A DNA stretch of 64,000 nt from Clostridia bacterium. GTDB taxonomy: Bacteria; Bacillota; Clostridia; UMGS1883. The notes under the pieces were generated by a model. That model was given only the letters and a program-made list of their open reading frames with translations, was not told the DNA's origin and did not search any database. The DNA is taken from contig JAZQAO010000054.1 in assembly GCA_045545295.1 (NCBI GenBank), forward strand, positions 20,826 to 84,825, in the 5' to 3' direction. Below, piece after piece: positions 38,477 through 48,575 of this stretch. Position 1 is the stretch's first letter. Each line of letters starts with the position of its first letter. Position numbers and translations under genes: made by a program.

Positions 38477-38511
38477 AAAAAAAGGTTGATGCGATGCATC
38501 AACCTTTTTTG
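38477..38511 (-). terminator. Intrinsic terminator overlapping the stop codon of the GRE activase gene
   Basis: aaaaaaaggttgatgc gat gcatcaacctttttt; 9-bp stem plus T6. Confidence 0.7.
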
Positions 38512-39314
38512 TCGGAAATAATATTTTTTAATTCTTCAATTTTATCTTTGTCGGGAATATTGAAACTTTGAACTTTCCTGCCAAGTGCAGTATATTTATG
38601 CTCTCCCATAGCATGATATGGAAGGAGTTCAACTTCTTCCGGATATCCGTTTGTGTCAAAAAATGCTTTGATTTTTTTCAGTTCTTCTTCGCTGTCATTT
38701 ACATCGGGGATAACGGGAATTCTTACCCGTACACAAGCAGCGGATTTCAGGAGCTTTGCAAGATTTTCAAGAATAAGAGTATTCGAAACACCCGTATATT
38801 CTTTATGAATTTCGTTGTTCACAGCCTTGATATCATACAAAAACAAATCGGTGTAGGGGCGTATCTCTTCAAAGTTGTCCCACGGCACACATCCTGCGGT
38901 ATCAACTGCGGTATGTATGCCGTTTTCTTTGCATTTTTTTAAAATTTCAAAAAGAAAATCTATCTGCAGCATACATTCTCCGCCCGAAAATGTTACGCCA
39001 CCGCCCGAGGTTTCGTAAAAGGTTTTATCTTTTATAATTTCATTAAAAACTTCATTAACTGTATATTCTTTTCCGCAGATTTCCTTTGCGTCGTTAAAGC
39101 AGAAAAAGTTTTCGTTATCTGCCGTAATATCCTTGCATTTTCCGCAATTTGTGCACTTATTTTTATAAAACAAGATTTCTTTTTTGAAATTCTGACTTTC
39201 TGGATTATGACACCATTTACATCTTAAATTACAACCCTTGAAAAACACCGTTGTACGTATTCCGGGACCGTCAACATATGAATTTCTTTCTATGTCAAAT
39301 ATTGTTGCTTTCAT
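38499..39314 (-). CDS. Glycyl-radical-enzyme activating enzyme (PflA family radical SAM)
   Basis: DGPGIRTTVFFKGCNLRCKWCHNPES (CxxxCxxC) and GGVTFSGGEC motifs; extra CTNCGKC auxiliary-cluster segment; GGAGG RBS. Confidence 0.85.
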   Translation of the reverse strand: MKATIFDIERNSYVDGPGIRTTVFFKGCNLRCKWCHNPESQNFKKEILFYKNKCTNCGKCKDITADNENFFCFNDAKEICGKEYTVNEVFNEIIKDKTFYETSGGGVTFSGGECMLQIDFLFEILKKCKENGIHTAVDTAGCVPWDNFEEIRPYTDLFLYDIKAVNNEIHKEYTGVSNTLILENLAKLLKSAACVRVRIPVIPDVNDSEEELKKIKAFFDTNGYPEEVELLPYHAMGEHKYTALGRKVQSFNIPDKDKIEELKNIISDKKG

Positions 39315-39369
39315 TGTTTACCTCCTGAATTGCACACTTCAACATTCCAAAATATCGCCCAAAACCGTT

Positions 39370-40125
39370 TTAAATTGTTGCACAATTATCTCCTCCGTCT
39401 GCCACAACCGTGTGCCCGCAGATAATTTCACCGAAATCACTCATAAGGTAAAAAGCAAGCTCTGCAATTTCGTCAGGTCTTATAAAACGTTCTATTGCGT
39501 GACGTTCGTATTTTGCATTTATGTCGTTTGCATAATGTGAAATCATTGGCGTAAATGTTGCCCCGGGGGCTATGCCGTTGATTATAATGCCATTATGCCC
39601 GTATCGTTTTCCAAATGCTCTTGTCCACTTGATAGTTGCTTCCTTGGAAGCTCCGTAACTGCCGACTATATCCATACATACCGCATTTGAAGCGATGTTT
39701 AAAATGTTGCCCCGCACATTGTTTGCAAGCATATAATCAATTTCGTTACGCATAAGGAAAAATGCTGCTTTGAAATTTATATCAGTCAGAGTGTCCCACT
39801 CATCCTCTGTAATATCCCACGGCTCATAGCCTCTGCCCGTGTACTGGCTTGTTCCCAAAGCTGCGGCATTTACAAATCCGTTAAGTCCCCCTAAAGTTTC
39901 AGCTACTTCATCAAATAATGTAATATGGTCGTTTACCTTTGTAATATCAAAAGCCTTGTAATACAAATTTCCGCTGTTTATTTCATTTGCGGCATCTTTT
40001 AATTTTTTCTCATTTCTTCCGGCAATAAGCACCTTTGCGCCGGCGTCGCAAAACCTTTTTGCGATAGCCTTTCCGATACCGCTGCCACCGCCGAAAACCA
40101 GTATTTTATTATTTCTCAGATTCAT
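39370..40125 (-). CDS. Short-chain dehydrogenase/reductase (SDR)
   Basis: GGGSGIGKAIA Rossmann motif; YGASK catalytic-type motif; 4-bp overlap with upstream GRE gene. Confidence 0.85.
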   Translation of the reverse strand: MNLRNNKILVFGGGSGIGKAIAKRFCDAGAKVLIAGRNEKKLKDAANEINSGNLYYKAFDITKVNDHITLFDEVAETLGGLNGFVNAAALGTSQYTGRGYEPWDITEDEWDTLTDINFKAAFFLMRNEIDYMLANNVRGNILNIASNAVCMDIVGSYGASKEATIKWTRAFGKRYGHNGIIINGIAPGATFTPMISHYANDINAKYERHAIERFIRPDEIAELAFYLMSDFGEIICGHTVVADGGDNCATI

Positions 40126-42242
40126 TTTTGAGTAGTCCTTTCGATAATATTATCCTGTAATGCTTCATTAAGCTTGACAAAGTAGTCAGAAAATCCCGAC
40201 ACTCGAACACGCAGGTTTTTATAATCTTCGGGGGTCTTCTTAGCGTTAATCAAATCTTCTTTTGAGACGTAGGTAAGCTGAAAATGCACGCCACCGTTTT
40301 TGAAATAGGTTTCAAGCATATCAACAGTTTTTTCAAAGTTGTCATCGTTTTTAACAAGCTGTTCGTCGATAGTGATGTTAGTAACCGTTGATCCGCATCC
40401 GATAGCATTGGGGTCAATCTTGGCAATGGAATTTAAAAGTGCAGTCAGCCCATTTCTGTCCTTGCCTTCGCCTTGCCCGAGACCGAATTTGAGGGCGTCA
40501 CCTTTCTGTCTTCCGTCGGGGGTGGCTTCTGTTTTCTCGCCAAACCACTTATAGTGCTGATGGTATCCCGTAAGGTCGCCCACAAGCCAGTGGTAGCCGA
40601 AGAGGTTGGTTTTATCCTTTAAGAATTCATACAAGCTCTGATATAGCTTCTGTGCTACATAGTTAGACCTGTCGGTGTCGTTCCCGAAAAAGTCACCTTT
40701 TTTCAGAATTACGGCACGGAGCTCTTCGTATCCCTGCCAGTTGTTCTTAAGTGCATCAATAAGCTCTGCCATTGTGATAATTTTCTCGTCAAATACAAAC
40801 TGCTTTACGATTATGAGCGAATCAATAACATTTGCAATTCCCATATACATGGGGGAGGCAATCACAACATCGCCTGCACCTTGTGTAAGACTTTTTGCTT
40901 TTTCAATGCACCCCTGAAAGAAAATGCTTGAAAGGTAGTTTATATCCTTTGCGCGAATACTGTTATATTTGTTGTCGTATTCATAAGCAATTTCAAGGTC
41001 GGAAAACATTTCTTCAAGAAATGCCCGGTAAAATTCGTCGAAGCTTTTTGTGCTTATTATTTTTTCTGATTTTCTGTGAAAGAGTGTTTCGATACTGCGG
41101 ACAAAATTTATTTTTGAGTTACTACCTGCGATTGCACCAAGAAAAGCCGGCTCATTACAACCTACGGTTGTGTAGCCTACAGCCTTTTCAAATGGGAAAC
41201 CACAGATTTCGGTATAGCACTTCATTCGCTTTTCATCATTCTGGAAAGCAATTCGCTTATGTGGGTCCTTTCTTTCACAGTCAAGTGCAAAACGGAATAC
41301 TTCTCTTGGAGTTTTCTTTGTCCAGCGAAGCGTTACTTGCGGAATCCAGGTGGGAAGCTCAAGAAGGCTCTCAAGTATAAGCTCCGATACTTCGTTGAAT
41401 CCGTCTTCGCCGTTTTCTAAATATCCGCCTATGCAAAAGTGTGACTCGCCACCTCTTGTAAAATTAGGGTTATCTATATGTGTTGCCGCCTGAAGCATAA
41501 GGAAAAGCTCCTGCAGATATTCTTTTGCTTCTTCTTTTGTAAGAGTACCATTTTTAATATCAGTTTCATAAAACGGGGTAAGGTATCTGTCAAGTGTTCC
41601 TACACTGTCGGGGTCTGCGGAAAAACATACGTAAATTGTAAGAACTGCCTCGTAAAAAGAGGAGGGCTTATTTTCAGGAACCCTGAGAAGTGCTTCGGAC
41701 AATTTTGTGAGGTTTTGTCTGTGCTTTTCGTTGCTTGTAATTTTCGATAATTCCAGAGCTTTGTCGGAGCATTTGTGTGCCCATTTAATAAATGTGTTTG
41801 CAACATTTTTTAAAGCATTCAAAAACTCTATTTCTTCGGGAATTGTATGCTTTTTCAATGAATCTTCAATCTCGTCAATTATTCCTGAAAGCCCTTTTTC
41901 AAGAACTTTCTTATAATCTGCAGTTGCATGCTGCCATTCAAAGGTAGAAAGGTTGTCAATGGGCTTTTTGTAAAATTCTTCGGCAAGAATCTGGAAGGAT
42001 TTATGTCCTATACGGTGGAAAGCATCGCCAACAACTGTGTTGTCGCAGTTGAAAAAACCCGTCATAGCGGAATATTCTGTCAAAACAGGCTCCTGATTTA
42101 ATATAAATTCGCAAAGCCTTTTTGACTCTCGCTGTTGTTTTGAAAGAAATAAATCCTCTCTGTCAAATCTCGTTTCTGTGGTGTGTGCATACATCTTTCC
42201 TTCAAGTGTCAATTTGGCAAGTGCCGTGATTCTTTCGTTCAT
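40122..42242 (-). CDS. Glycyl radical enzyme, PFL fold, Cys-x-Glu (eliminase-type) active-site loop, substrate unknown; unusually short (706 aa)
   Basis: C-terminal glycyl radical motif RVRVSGFSDYF, ATPDGRQKGDAL and GGVHFQLTYVS segments as in PFL/DhaB; active-site loop VGCNEPA; AAAGGCGG RBS before ATG 42242. Confidence 0.8.
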   Translation of the reverse strand: MNERITALAKLTLEGKMYAHTTETRFDREDLFLSKQQRESKRLCEFILNQEPVLTEYSAMTGFFNCDNTVVGDAFHRIGHKSFQILAEEFYKKPIDNLSTFEWQHATADYKKVLEKGLSGIIDEIEDSLKKHTIPEEIEFLNALKNVANTFIKWAHKCSDKALELSKITSNEKHRQNLTKLSEALLRVPENKPSSFYEAVLTIYVCFSADPDSVGTLDRYLTPFYETDIKNGTLTKEEAKEYLQELFLMLQAATHIDNPNFTRGGESHFCIGGYLENGEDGFNEVSELILESLLELPTWIPQVTLRWTKKTPREVFRFALDCERKDPHKRIAFQNDEKRMKCYTEICGFPFEKAVGYTTVGCNEPAFLGAIAGSNSKINFVRSIETLFHRKSEKIISTKSFDEFYRAFLEEMFSDLEIAYEYDNKYNSIRAKDINYLSSIFFQGCIEKAKSLTQGAGDVVIASPMYMGIANVIDSLIIVKQFVFDEKIITMAELIDALKNNWQGYEELRAVILKKGDFFGNDTDRSNYVAQKLYQSLYEFLKDKTNLFGYHWLVGDLTGYHQHYKWFGEKTEATPDGRQKGDALKFGLGQGEGKDRNGLTALLNSIAKIDPNAIGCGSTVTNITIDEQLVKNDDNFEKTVDMLETYFKNGGVHFQLTYVSKEDLINAKKTPEDYKNLRVRVSGFSDYFVKLNEALQDNIIERTTQK

Positions 42243-42377
42243 ATTAATACCGCCTTTCACCATAAGTATATCTGTATTATCGGAAATGTAAATACACAAA
42301 ACACTCCGTTTATACTTTTCGCTACAAAATTATTGACTTAATACTATGAATATGGCATTATAAGAGAAGGTGATAGT

Positions 42378-43160
42378 ATGAATAATAACTTTATCATAAC
42401 AGAAATCGGCAGAGCCATACTTGTGGGTAAAGATGAATATCCTGCCGCGAAAGTAACCTTCGGCGGAAAATTGAAATATAACGAACTTATATATCATTTA
42501 AGCGGAAAATCAACAGTTCATTTCGATGGAAAAATTCTTGAAACAGAGGAAGATACGATTCGCTTTTTGCCCAAAGGAGAAAATGGAGAATATATTGTTG
42601 AAAAAAAAGCAGCGGGAGAGTGTATAGATGTATTTTTCGATACTGATATTCCCGTGTCGGAAGAAGCTTTTGTAGTGAAAGTCGCCCAAAGTGCAACTGT
42701 TTCAAGCTTGTTCAAAAAACTTTTTTCAGTATGGGTTGCTAAAAACGATGGCTATTATTATGAATGTATATCACTGCTTTACAGAATTCTTGCCGAAATG
42801 CAAAAGCAAAACTACATTCCACCCAATCAGTACGACACAATAAAACCTGCGATTGAGTATATAATGGAAAATTTCCTTAAAAGCAAAATTTCAGTTCCTT
42901 TTTTAGCTGAAAAATGTGGTATAAGTGAGGCGTACCTTAAAAAATTGTTTGTCAAAAAGTTCGGAATGTCACCCCTTCGGTATATTATTCGATTGAAAAT
43001 AAATCACGCCTGCGATCTTCTGCATTCAAATCAGTATTCAGTAACGCAGGTTGCAGAGCTTTGCGGATATGACAATGTATATTTTTTCAGCCGCCAGTTT
43101 AAAGAATATGTCGGTATCACCCCCACAGAGTTTGTTGAAAAATATAAGTCTTCAAAATAA
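42378..43160 (+). CDS. AraC-family transcriptional regulator, divergent from the GRE operon
   Basis: C-terminal AraC HTH (NQYSVTQVAELCGYDNVYFFSRQFKEYVGITPTEF). Confidence 0.8.
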   Translation: MNNNFIITEIGRAILVGKDEYPAAKVTFGGKLKYNELIYHLSGKSTVHFDGKILETEEDTIRFLPKGENGEYIVEKKAAGECIDVFFDTDIPVSEEAFVVKVAQSATVSSLFKKLFSVWVAKNDGYYYECISLLYRILAEMQKQNYIPPNQYDTIKPAIEYIMENFLKSKISVPFLAEKCGISEAYLKKLFVKKFGMSPLRYIIRLKINHACDLLHSNQYSVTQVAELCGYDNVYFFSRQFKEYVGITPTEFVEKYKSSK

Positions 43161-43248
43161 AAAGCCCGCCGCTTCACCCATGTCGCACCCTCGCAGGAGT
43201 GCAAACAAAGTTTCCTGCGTCATAATTTGACGCAAATTACTATACAGA
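43159..43248 (+). repeat. Degenerate copy of the modular interspersed repeat (core subtype C), then hairpin terminator 43253..43276
   Basis: aaaaagcccgccgcttcacccatgtcgcaccctcgcaggagtgcaaacaaagtttcctgcgtcataatttgacgcaaattactatacag. Confidence 0.7.
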
Positions 43249-43275
43249 AACAAAAAAACGGCTAAAGCCGTTTTT

Positions 43276-43950
43276 TCACTTACAAAGGTTTATAAAATTT
43301 TCAAAAAACCTGTTTTCAATGGGATTTCCTTCTACAAAGCTTTTTTCAGGATGCCACTGAGTTGCAAAGATGCGTTTTTCTTTCCATTCAACAGCTTCAA
43401 TAACACCGTCATCTGATACTGCAACAGTTCTGAGTCCGGGTGCAAGCTTATCTATTGCCCAATAGTGATATGAATTGACCTCTGCAAAGTCCGAATTAAA
43501 CACATCGTAAACAAAGGAATTCTTTTCTATGCTTATTTTATGGTTTCTTGACATGGGATTACTGTGTATACTTTCATCAATCTCTTTCAGGTTTCCACCT
43601 AAATACACGTTTATCGCCTGAAGTCCGCCACAGATTCCTAGTATTGGTTTGTTGTTTTTTACAAACCAATCAATTAATTTTGCATCCAGAGAATATTCAT
43701 CATAGGCTTGTTCTTCACGAAATGGCTCTCCTCCCCAGTATGATGGGTTGATATTCGTACTGCTTCCCGGAACTATAAGTCCGTCACATTTTTCACAGAT
43801 TTCAGTGAAGCCGTATTCTGTCATGATACAATTCATCCCTACCTTATATTTTTCAGCCATAAGCTCCCAGAAACAAGGTATAGAAAAACGCTCATCCCAA
43901 CCATCGCCACGTCCCATATTGACATATCTTAAAACAGTTGCAAAATTCAT
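43276..43950 (-). CDS. Peptidase C26 / class-I glutamine amidotransferase-like gamma-glutamyl hydrolase
   Basis: GICGGLQAINVYLGGNL (nucleophile Cys) and ATQWHPE motifs; AAGGTGA RBS. Confidence 0.75.
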   Translation of the reverse strand: MNFATVLRYVNMGRGDGWDERFSIPCFWELMAEKYKVGMNCIMTEYGFTEICEKCDGLIVPGSSTNINPSYWGGEPFREEQAYDEYSLDAKLIDWFVKNNKPILGICGGLQAINVYLGGNLKEIDESIHSNPMSRNHKISIEKNSFVYDVFNSDFAEVNSYHYWAIDKLAPGLRTVAVSDDGVIEAVEWKEKRIFATQWHPEKSFVEGNPIENRFFENFINLCK

Positions 43951-43966
43951 AAATTCACCTTGCCTA

Positions 43967-46438
43967 TTATAATACTTTATATCCCTGTGCTTCTACAGCA
44001 CTTTTTAATACTTCAACTGTTACGCTGTCGTCGTGTTTTACAATTGCAGTACCTTTTTCGTGGCTGGGTATCGCCTCTGAAACACCTGATATTCCTTCAA
44101 GTGTCTGCTTTACTCTTGCCTCACAGTGAGGGCACATCATACCTTCAATTTTAAGTGTTGTTTCCATTGTTTCTGTCTCCTTTTCTTTATATGTTTTAAA
44201 TAAATTTAATCTTAACGCATTTGATATAACACAGACACTGGAAAGACTCATTGCCGCAGCACCGAACATAGGATTTAACGTCCAGCCTGTTATATTAATC
44301 CACACACCGGCAGCAAGGGGAATTCCCACTACATTATAGAAAAATGCCCAGAAAAGATTTTCGTGAATATTTTTTAGGGTTTTACGGCTTAGTCTGATTG
44401 CCTCAACTACTCCCATAAGGCTCTTTCCTGTAAGAACAATGTCAGCTGATTCCACTGCCACATCTGTTCCTTTTCCTATTGCAACACCTACGTCAGCACG
44501 GGTAAGTGCGGGAGCATCGTTGATACCGTCACCCACCATCATTACTTGACCTTTTTCCTGAAGTTTGCGGATTACCTCTTCTTTTCCGTCGGGTAACACA
44601 TCAGAAATAACGTTCGTGATACCAAGTTCTGATGCAATTGCCGTGGCGGTATTTTTGTTGTCACCGGTAAGCATAACAACCTCTAACCCTAGACCTGTAA
44701 GGATTTTTACTGTATCCTTGCTGTCATCTTTAACCGTATCTGCTATGGCTATAATGCCTGCAATTTCTTTTTCTTTTACAAATATAACCGGGGTTTTCCC
44801 CTGACGTGCAAGCCTATTAAGATTTTCACGGATAGCGTCATTTACAAAAGTAAGCTCTTCAACCATTTTCAGATTTCCACCACAGATGTTTTCTCCAAAG
44901 ACACTGCCCTTTACTCCGTTTCCCGGAAGAGATGTAAAGGAGTCTGCCTTTATCGACTCAATCCCTTTTTCTGAGCAATAAAGGTTAATTGCCTTTGCAA
45001 GCGGATGCTCGCTCTGAATTTCAAGAGCGTAAGCAATCTTAAGAACATCGTCTTTTGAAAAGTTGCCAAAGGAAATCACATCTGTAACCTTTGGCTCACC
45101 TTTTGTAAGGGTGCCTGTTTTATCAAGGGCTACAAACTTTACTTTTCCTGCGTTTTCCAGAACTTCGGAAGTTTTGTAAAGTATTCCATGTTTAGCCCCT
45201 ACACCACTGCCTACCATTATGGCAACCGGTGTTGCAAGACCTAACGCACAAGGGCAACTGATTACAAGCACTGAAATTCCCCTAGCCAGTGAAAATCCAA
45301 AGCTCTTTCCCAAAATGAGCCATATAAGCATACTCACAAGAGCAATAATTATGACAGTCGGAACAAAAATGCCCGAAACCTTATCTGCAATTTTTGCAAC
45401 AGGTGCTTTTGTTGATGCCGCATCACTTACCATTTTAATTATTTTTGAAATAGTTGTGTCTTCCCCAACACTTATGGCACGGCATCTGAGATAACCTGAC
45501 TGATTGATTGTTGCAGCCGAGACCTTGTCTCCGGAAGTTTTATCCACTGGCATACTTTCTCCGGTAAGTGCCGTTTCATTAACTGCACTGCTACCTTCAA
45601 TTACTATGCCGTCTGCCGGAATGCTTGCTCCCGGTTTTACGACGAAAATATCATCAACAACAACATCCCTTGAATCTACTGTAATTTCTTTTCCGTCACG
45701 GATAATTGTTGCAGTTTTCGGAGAAAGCTCCATAAGACTTTTTATGGCATTTGTGGTTTTTCCCTTTGAATATGCCTCAAGCAGCTTTCCAACTGTGATA
45801 AGAGTAACAATCATTGCAGCTGATTCAAAATAAAGCTCATGCATATACTTATGTGCAACGTGAATATCTCCGTTTATATATGCACTGCACATCACAAAAA
45901 GAGCATATACACTGTAACAAAAGGATGCAAGCGACCCAAGCGATACAAGCACATCCATATTCGGAGCACGGTGAATTGCACTTTTAAATCCGCTTATGAA
46001 AAACTTTTGATTTATTACCATAATTATGCCTGAAAGAAGCAGCTGCGCAATACCTACGGCAAGGGGATTATCCTTGAAAACACCGAAATAAGGCAAACCA
46101 AAGAGCATATTCCCCATTGAAAAATACATCAGCACCACTAAGAGCGCGACAGAGAATATGAGCCTGTATTTCATAGCAGTAATTTCTCCTTTTTCGCTTA
46201 AGTCACTGCCTTGTGTTTCCTTCTTTTCTCCTGCTACTGATGCTTTGTAACCAGCATTTTCTACTGCACTGATAATACTCTGATGCGATGCAGTTCCCTC
46301 TGTTATCATAGTATTTGTAAGAAGATTTACACTGCAGCTTGTAACACCGTTAACTTCTGATACTGCTTTTTCCACGCGGGCACTGCACGCAGCACAGGAC
46401 ATACCTGTAACTATATACTTATTCATAATCTGTTTCAC
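43967..46438 (-). CDS. copA: Copper-translocating P1B-type ATPase with N- and C-terminal HMA domains; GTG start
   Basis: GMSCAACSARVEKAV and GMMCPHCEARVKQTL HMA motifs; CPC in SCPCALGLATP; DKTGTLT; GDGINDAPAL. Confidence 0.9.
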   Translation of the reverse strand: MKQIMNKYIVTGMSCAACSARVEKAVSEVNGVTSCSVNLLTNTMITEGTASHQSIISAVENAGYKASVAGEKKETQGSDLSEKGEITAMKYRLIFSVALLVVLMYFSMGNMLFGLPYFGVFKDNPLAVGIAQLLLSGIIMVINQKFFISGFKSAIHRAPNMDVLVSLGSLASFCYSVYALFVMCSAYINGDIHVAHKYMHELYFESAAMIVTLITVGKLLEAYSKGKTTNAIKSLMELSPKTATIIRDGKEITVDSRDVVVDDIFVVKPGASIPADGIVIEGSSAVNETALTGESMPVDKTSGDKVSAATINQSGYLRCRAISVGEDTTISKIIKMVSDAASTKAPVAKIADKVSGIFVPTVIIIALVSMLIWLILGKSFGFSLARGISVLVISCPCALGLATPVAIMVGSGVGAKHGILYKTSEVLENAGKVKFVALDKTGTLTKGEPKVTDVISFGNFSKDDVLKIAYALEIQSEHPLAKAINLYCSEKGIESIKADSFTSLPGNGVKGSVFGENICGGNLKMVEELTFVNDAIRENLNRLARQGKTPVIFVKEKEIAGIIAIADTVKDDSKDTVKILTGLGLEVVMLTGDNKNTATAIASELGITNVISDVLPDGKEEVIRKLQEKGQVMMVGDGINDAPALTRADVGVAIGKGTDVAVESADIVLTGKSLMGVVEAIRLSRKTLKNIHENLFWAFFYNVVGIPLAAGVWINITGWTLNPMFGAAAMSLSSVCVISNALRLNLFKTYKEKETETMETTLKIEGMMCPHCEARVKQTLEGISGVSEAIPSHEKGTAIVKHDDSVTVEVLKSAVEAQGYKVL

Positions 46439-46722
46439 CTCATAAGTTTTTTCAGTATATCGAGCAGTTCATCAACTGTTGATTCTTTACCGTCTTTTAT
46501 ATCTTTTTCAACACAGGTTTTTATATGATTGGAAAGAATTTCCCGATTCAAGGCATCCAGCGCAGCATTTGCCGCAGTTATCTGCGTTATAACATCGGTG
46601 CAGTAAGCATCCTCATCAATCATCCTGCCAATTCCTCTTATTTGCCCCTCAATACGCTTTATTCTGTTTAAAAGCAGCTTTTTTTCGTTATCAGTTCTTT
46701 CTTTTTTTCTGCAGCAATCCAT
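46435..46722 (-). CDS. csoR: CsoR-family copper-sensing transcriptional repressor
   Basis: LLNRIKRIEGQIRGIGRMIDEDAYCTDVITQITAANAALDAL matches CsoR/DUF156; 4-bp overlap with copA. Confidence 0.8.
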   Translation of the reverse strand: MDCCRKKERTDNEKKLLLNRIKRIEGQIRGIGRMIDEDAYCTDVITQITAANAALDALNREILSNHIKTCVEKDIKDGKESTVDELLDILKKLMR

Positions 46723-46751
46723 ACCCTCACCTCACAGCTATTATATACCCC

Positions 46752-46772
46752 CTAGGGGTATATTGTCAACAA
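46752..46772. promoter_or_regulatory. Candidate CsoR operator: perfect palindrome TATATACCCCTAGGGGTATAT upstream of csoR-copA
   Basis: Read directly; resembles TACCC-N-GGGTA type CsoR operators. Confidence 0.55.
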
Positions 46773-46890
46773 AAAATTAGTACTTACACAACTTTTATCT
46801 TAAGAAATCTTATTTTAACGTAATTAAGGGAGATATAAAGAAATCGAATTTCTTTATATCCCCTTTAATTCAATCTTCTGATATATTTTT

Positions 46891-47075
46891 TAATTTAGAG
46901 GAATTTGCGTAAATTAGTACGCGTGAAACTGTGTTTGCACTTTGTACGTGCGTGACGTGGGTGAAGCGGCACGCTTCTTTTTTAATTTATAGGAATTTGC
47001 GTAAATTAGTACGCGTGAAACTGTGTTTGTACTTTGTACGTGCGCGACGTGGGTGAAGCGGCACGCTTCTTTTTT
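46891..47075 (-). repeat. Two tandem copies of the modular interspersed repeat in reverse orientation (core subtype B), abutting the stop of the transglycosylase gene
   Basis: ...gacgtgggtgaagcggcacgcttctttttt repeated twice. Confidence 0.85.
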
Positions 47076-47769
47076 ATTGCTGACTCAAAATATCAGAAGC
47101 CTCTTCTTCGGAAAGTTTTCCATTTTCCACCATAGCCTCAACAACAGTCTTTTGCCTTTGTTTTGCAAGATCGGGGTTGTTATCAAGAGAATATACTGAC
47201 GGCGCATTTGGAATCCCTGCAAGAAGTGTTGCTTCATAATCGCTCATATCAGCAGGCTCTTTCCCGAAATAGCCCACGGAAGCATCCCGGATTCTGTAAT
47301 ATCCGCTTCCGTAGTATATATTATTAAAATAAAGTTCCAATATTTCATCCTTTGAAAACTTTGCTTCAAGCTTAAAGGCAACAAACGACTCTGCTACTTT
47401 TCTTGTAAGAGAATCATCATTTATGAAATAAATATTTTTCGCAAGCTGCTGTGTTATTGTACTGCCACCTTCTGCAAAAGTTTTCTTTTCAAAATTTGAC
47501 TTAAATGCTCTTATTATGCCCTTTATATCTATCCCCTTATGCTCATAAAAACGCCTGTCCTCAACGCAGACCATAGCATCCTTAAAAGTTGGATTGATAT
47601 CGGAAATCTTTGTATAGGAGCTGTAAGTTTGGATTTTCTTTACAGCATCGTCAAGTGACAACTGACTTATTGCCTGTTTGTACTTTCCGTAACCTGCGGC
47701 AACTACTCCGACGATAATCAAAAGTGCCAGTGTTAATATAGTCGATATTATTCTTTTTATAAATTTCAT
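47074..47769 (-). CDS. Monofunctional peptidoglycan glycosyltransferase (GT51, MtgA-like) with N-terminal TM anchor
   Basis: EDRRFYEHKGID and GGSTITQQLAKN GT51 motifs. Confidence 0.8.
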   Translation of the reverse strand: MKFIKRIISTILTLALLIIVGVVAAGYGKYKQAISQLSLDDAVKKIQTYSSYTKISDINPTFKDAMVCVEDRRFYEHKGIDIKGIIRAFKSNFEKKTFAEGGSTITQQLAKNIYFINDDSLTRKVAESFVAFKLEAKFSKDEILELYFNNIYYGSGYYRIRDASVGYFGKEPADMSDYEATLLAGIPNAPSVYSLDNNPDLAKQRQKTVVEAMVENGKLSEEEASDILSQQ

Positions 47770-48575
47770 ACTGTTTCACCCCGTTTTTTTCTTACTTTGC
47801 CCGGAGAAATTCCCCGCACCTTTTTAAAGACAGCGGCAAAGTAGCTGCTGCTGTTAAATCCGCAGTTCTGTGCAATCTCCGTAATGGGCAAATCTGTCGT
47901 TATAAGAAGCTTTTCCGCGTTTTTTATACGCACCGTTGCAATATACTCATTTACTCCAAATCCGGTATACGCTTTGAACTGTCTTGAAAAATGGCTCTCA
48001 CTGAGTGCAAACTCCCCGGAAAGCGACGAAAGTGAAAGCTCCTGATGGTAATTGTCCCGTATATGCAGAACTGCTTTTTGAATTATGGTATCGTTAAACG
48101 ATACCTCTCCTTGCTTATCTGCATCTGTCATACGGCAGAGGGAAACAAGAATTTCCCTTATATATCCTGCAATAAGATCATCCGAGTAGCTATCCTTATT
48201 ATAATACTCCGATGCAGCTTTTTCAATAGTTTCCTTCAGCGGCGGAGCTTTAAAATATCTTTCCTTAAAGCATCTGAATATTCTGTCAGATGCGGCACAC
48301 ATTATATACTCATTTGTAAAAGCTATCAGAATTCTCTCTGCACCTTCATTCATAAGAGCTGCAGTCCTGTGGATAGTATGAGGAGGAATCAGTATAACAT
48401 CACCCTCAGAAAGGTCATAAATTCTTTCATCGACAAAATAGCGCACTCTTCCCTTTTTAAGAAAATATATCTCATAATGATCGTGATAATGAGCGCTCGG
48501 CATATTAAAAGCACTTGACCTGTGTTTTTCATTTATTTCAACATTTTCTATAATTTCATCTACTGCGATCCCCAT
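47766..48575 (-). CDS. AraC-family transcriptional regulator (cupin + HTH)
   Basis: Start at Met 48575 with GGAGGG RBS; AraC HTH (ITEIAQNCGFNSSSYFAAVFKKVRGISPGK). Confidence 0.8.
   Translation of the reverse strand: MGIAVDEIIENVEINEKHRSSAFNMPSAHYHDHYEIYFLKKGRVRYFVDERIYDLSEGDVILIPPHTIHRTAALMNEGAERILIAFTNEYIMCAASDRIFRCFKERYFKAPPLKETIEKAASEYYNKDSYSDDLIAGYIREILVSLCRMTDADKQGEVSFNDTIIQKAVLHIRDNYHQELSLSSLSGEFALSESHFSRQFKAYTGFGVNEYIATVRIKNAEKLLITTDLPITEIAQNCGFNSSSYFAAVFKKVRGISPGKVRKKRGETV

Noticed and set aside
46815-46860. Hairpin taagggagatataaagaaatcgaatttctttatatcccctttaa as a terminator
   Set aside because: Long stem but no U-tract on either strand. The adjacent tandem repeat elements supply the terminator function, so this is left unclassified
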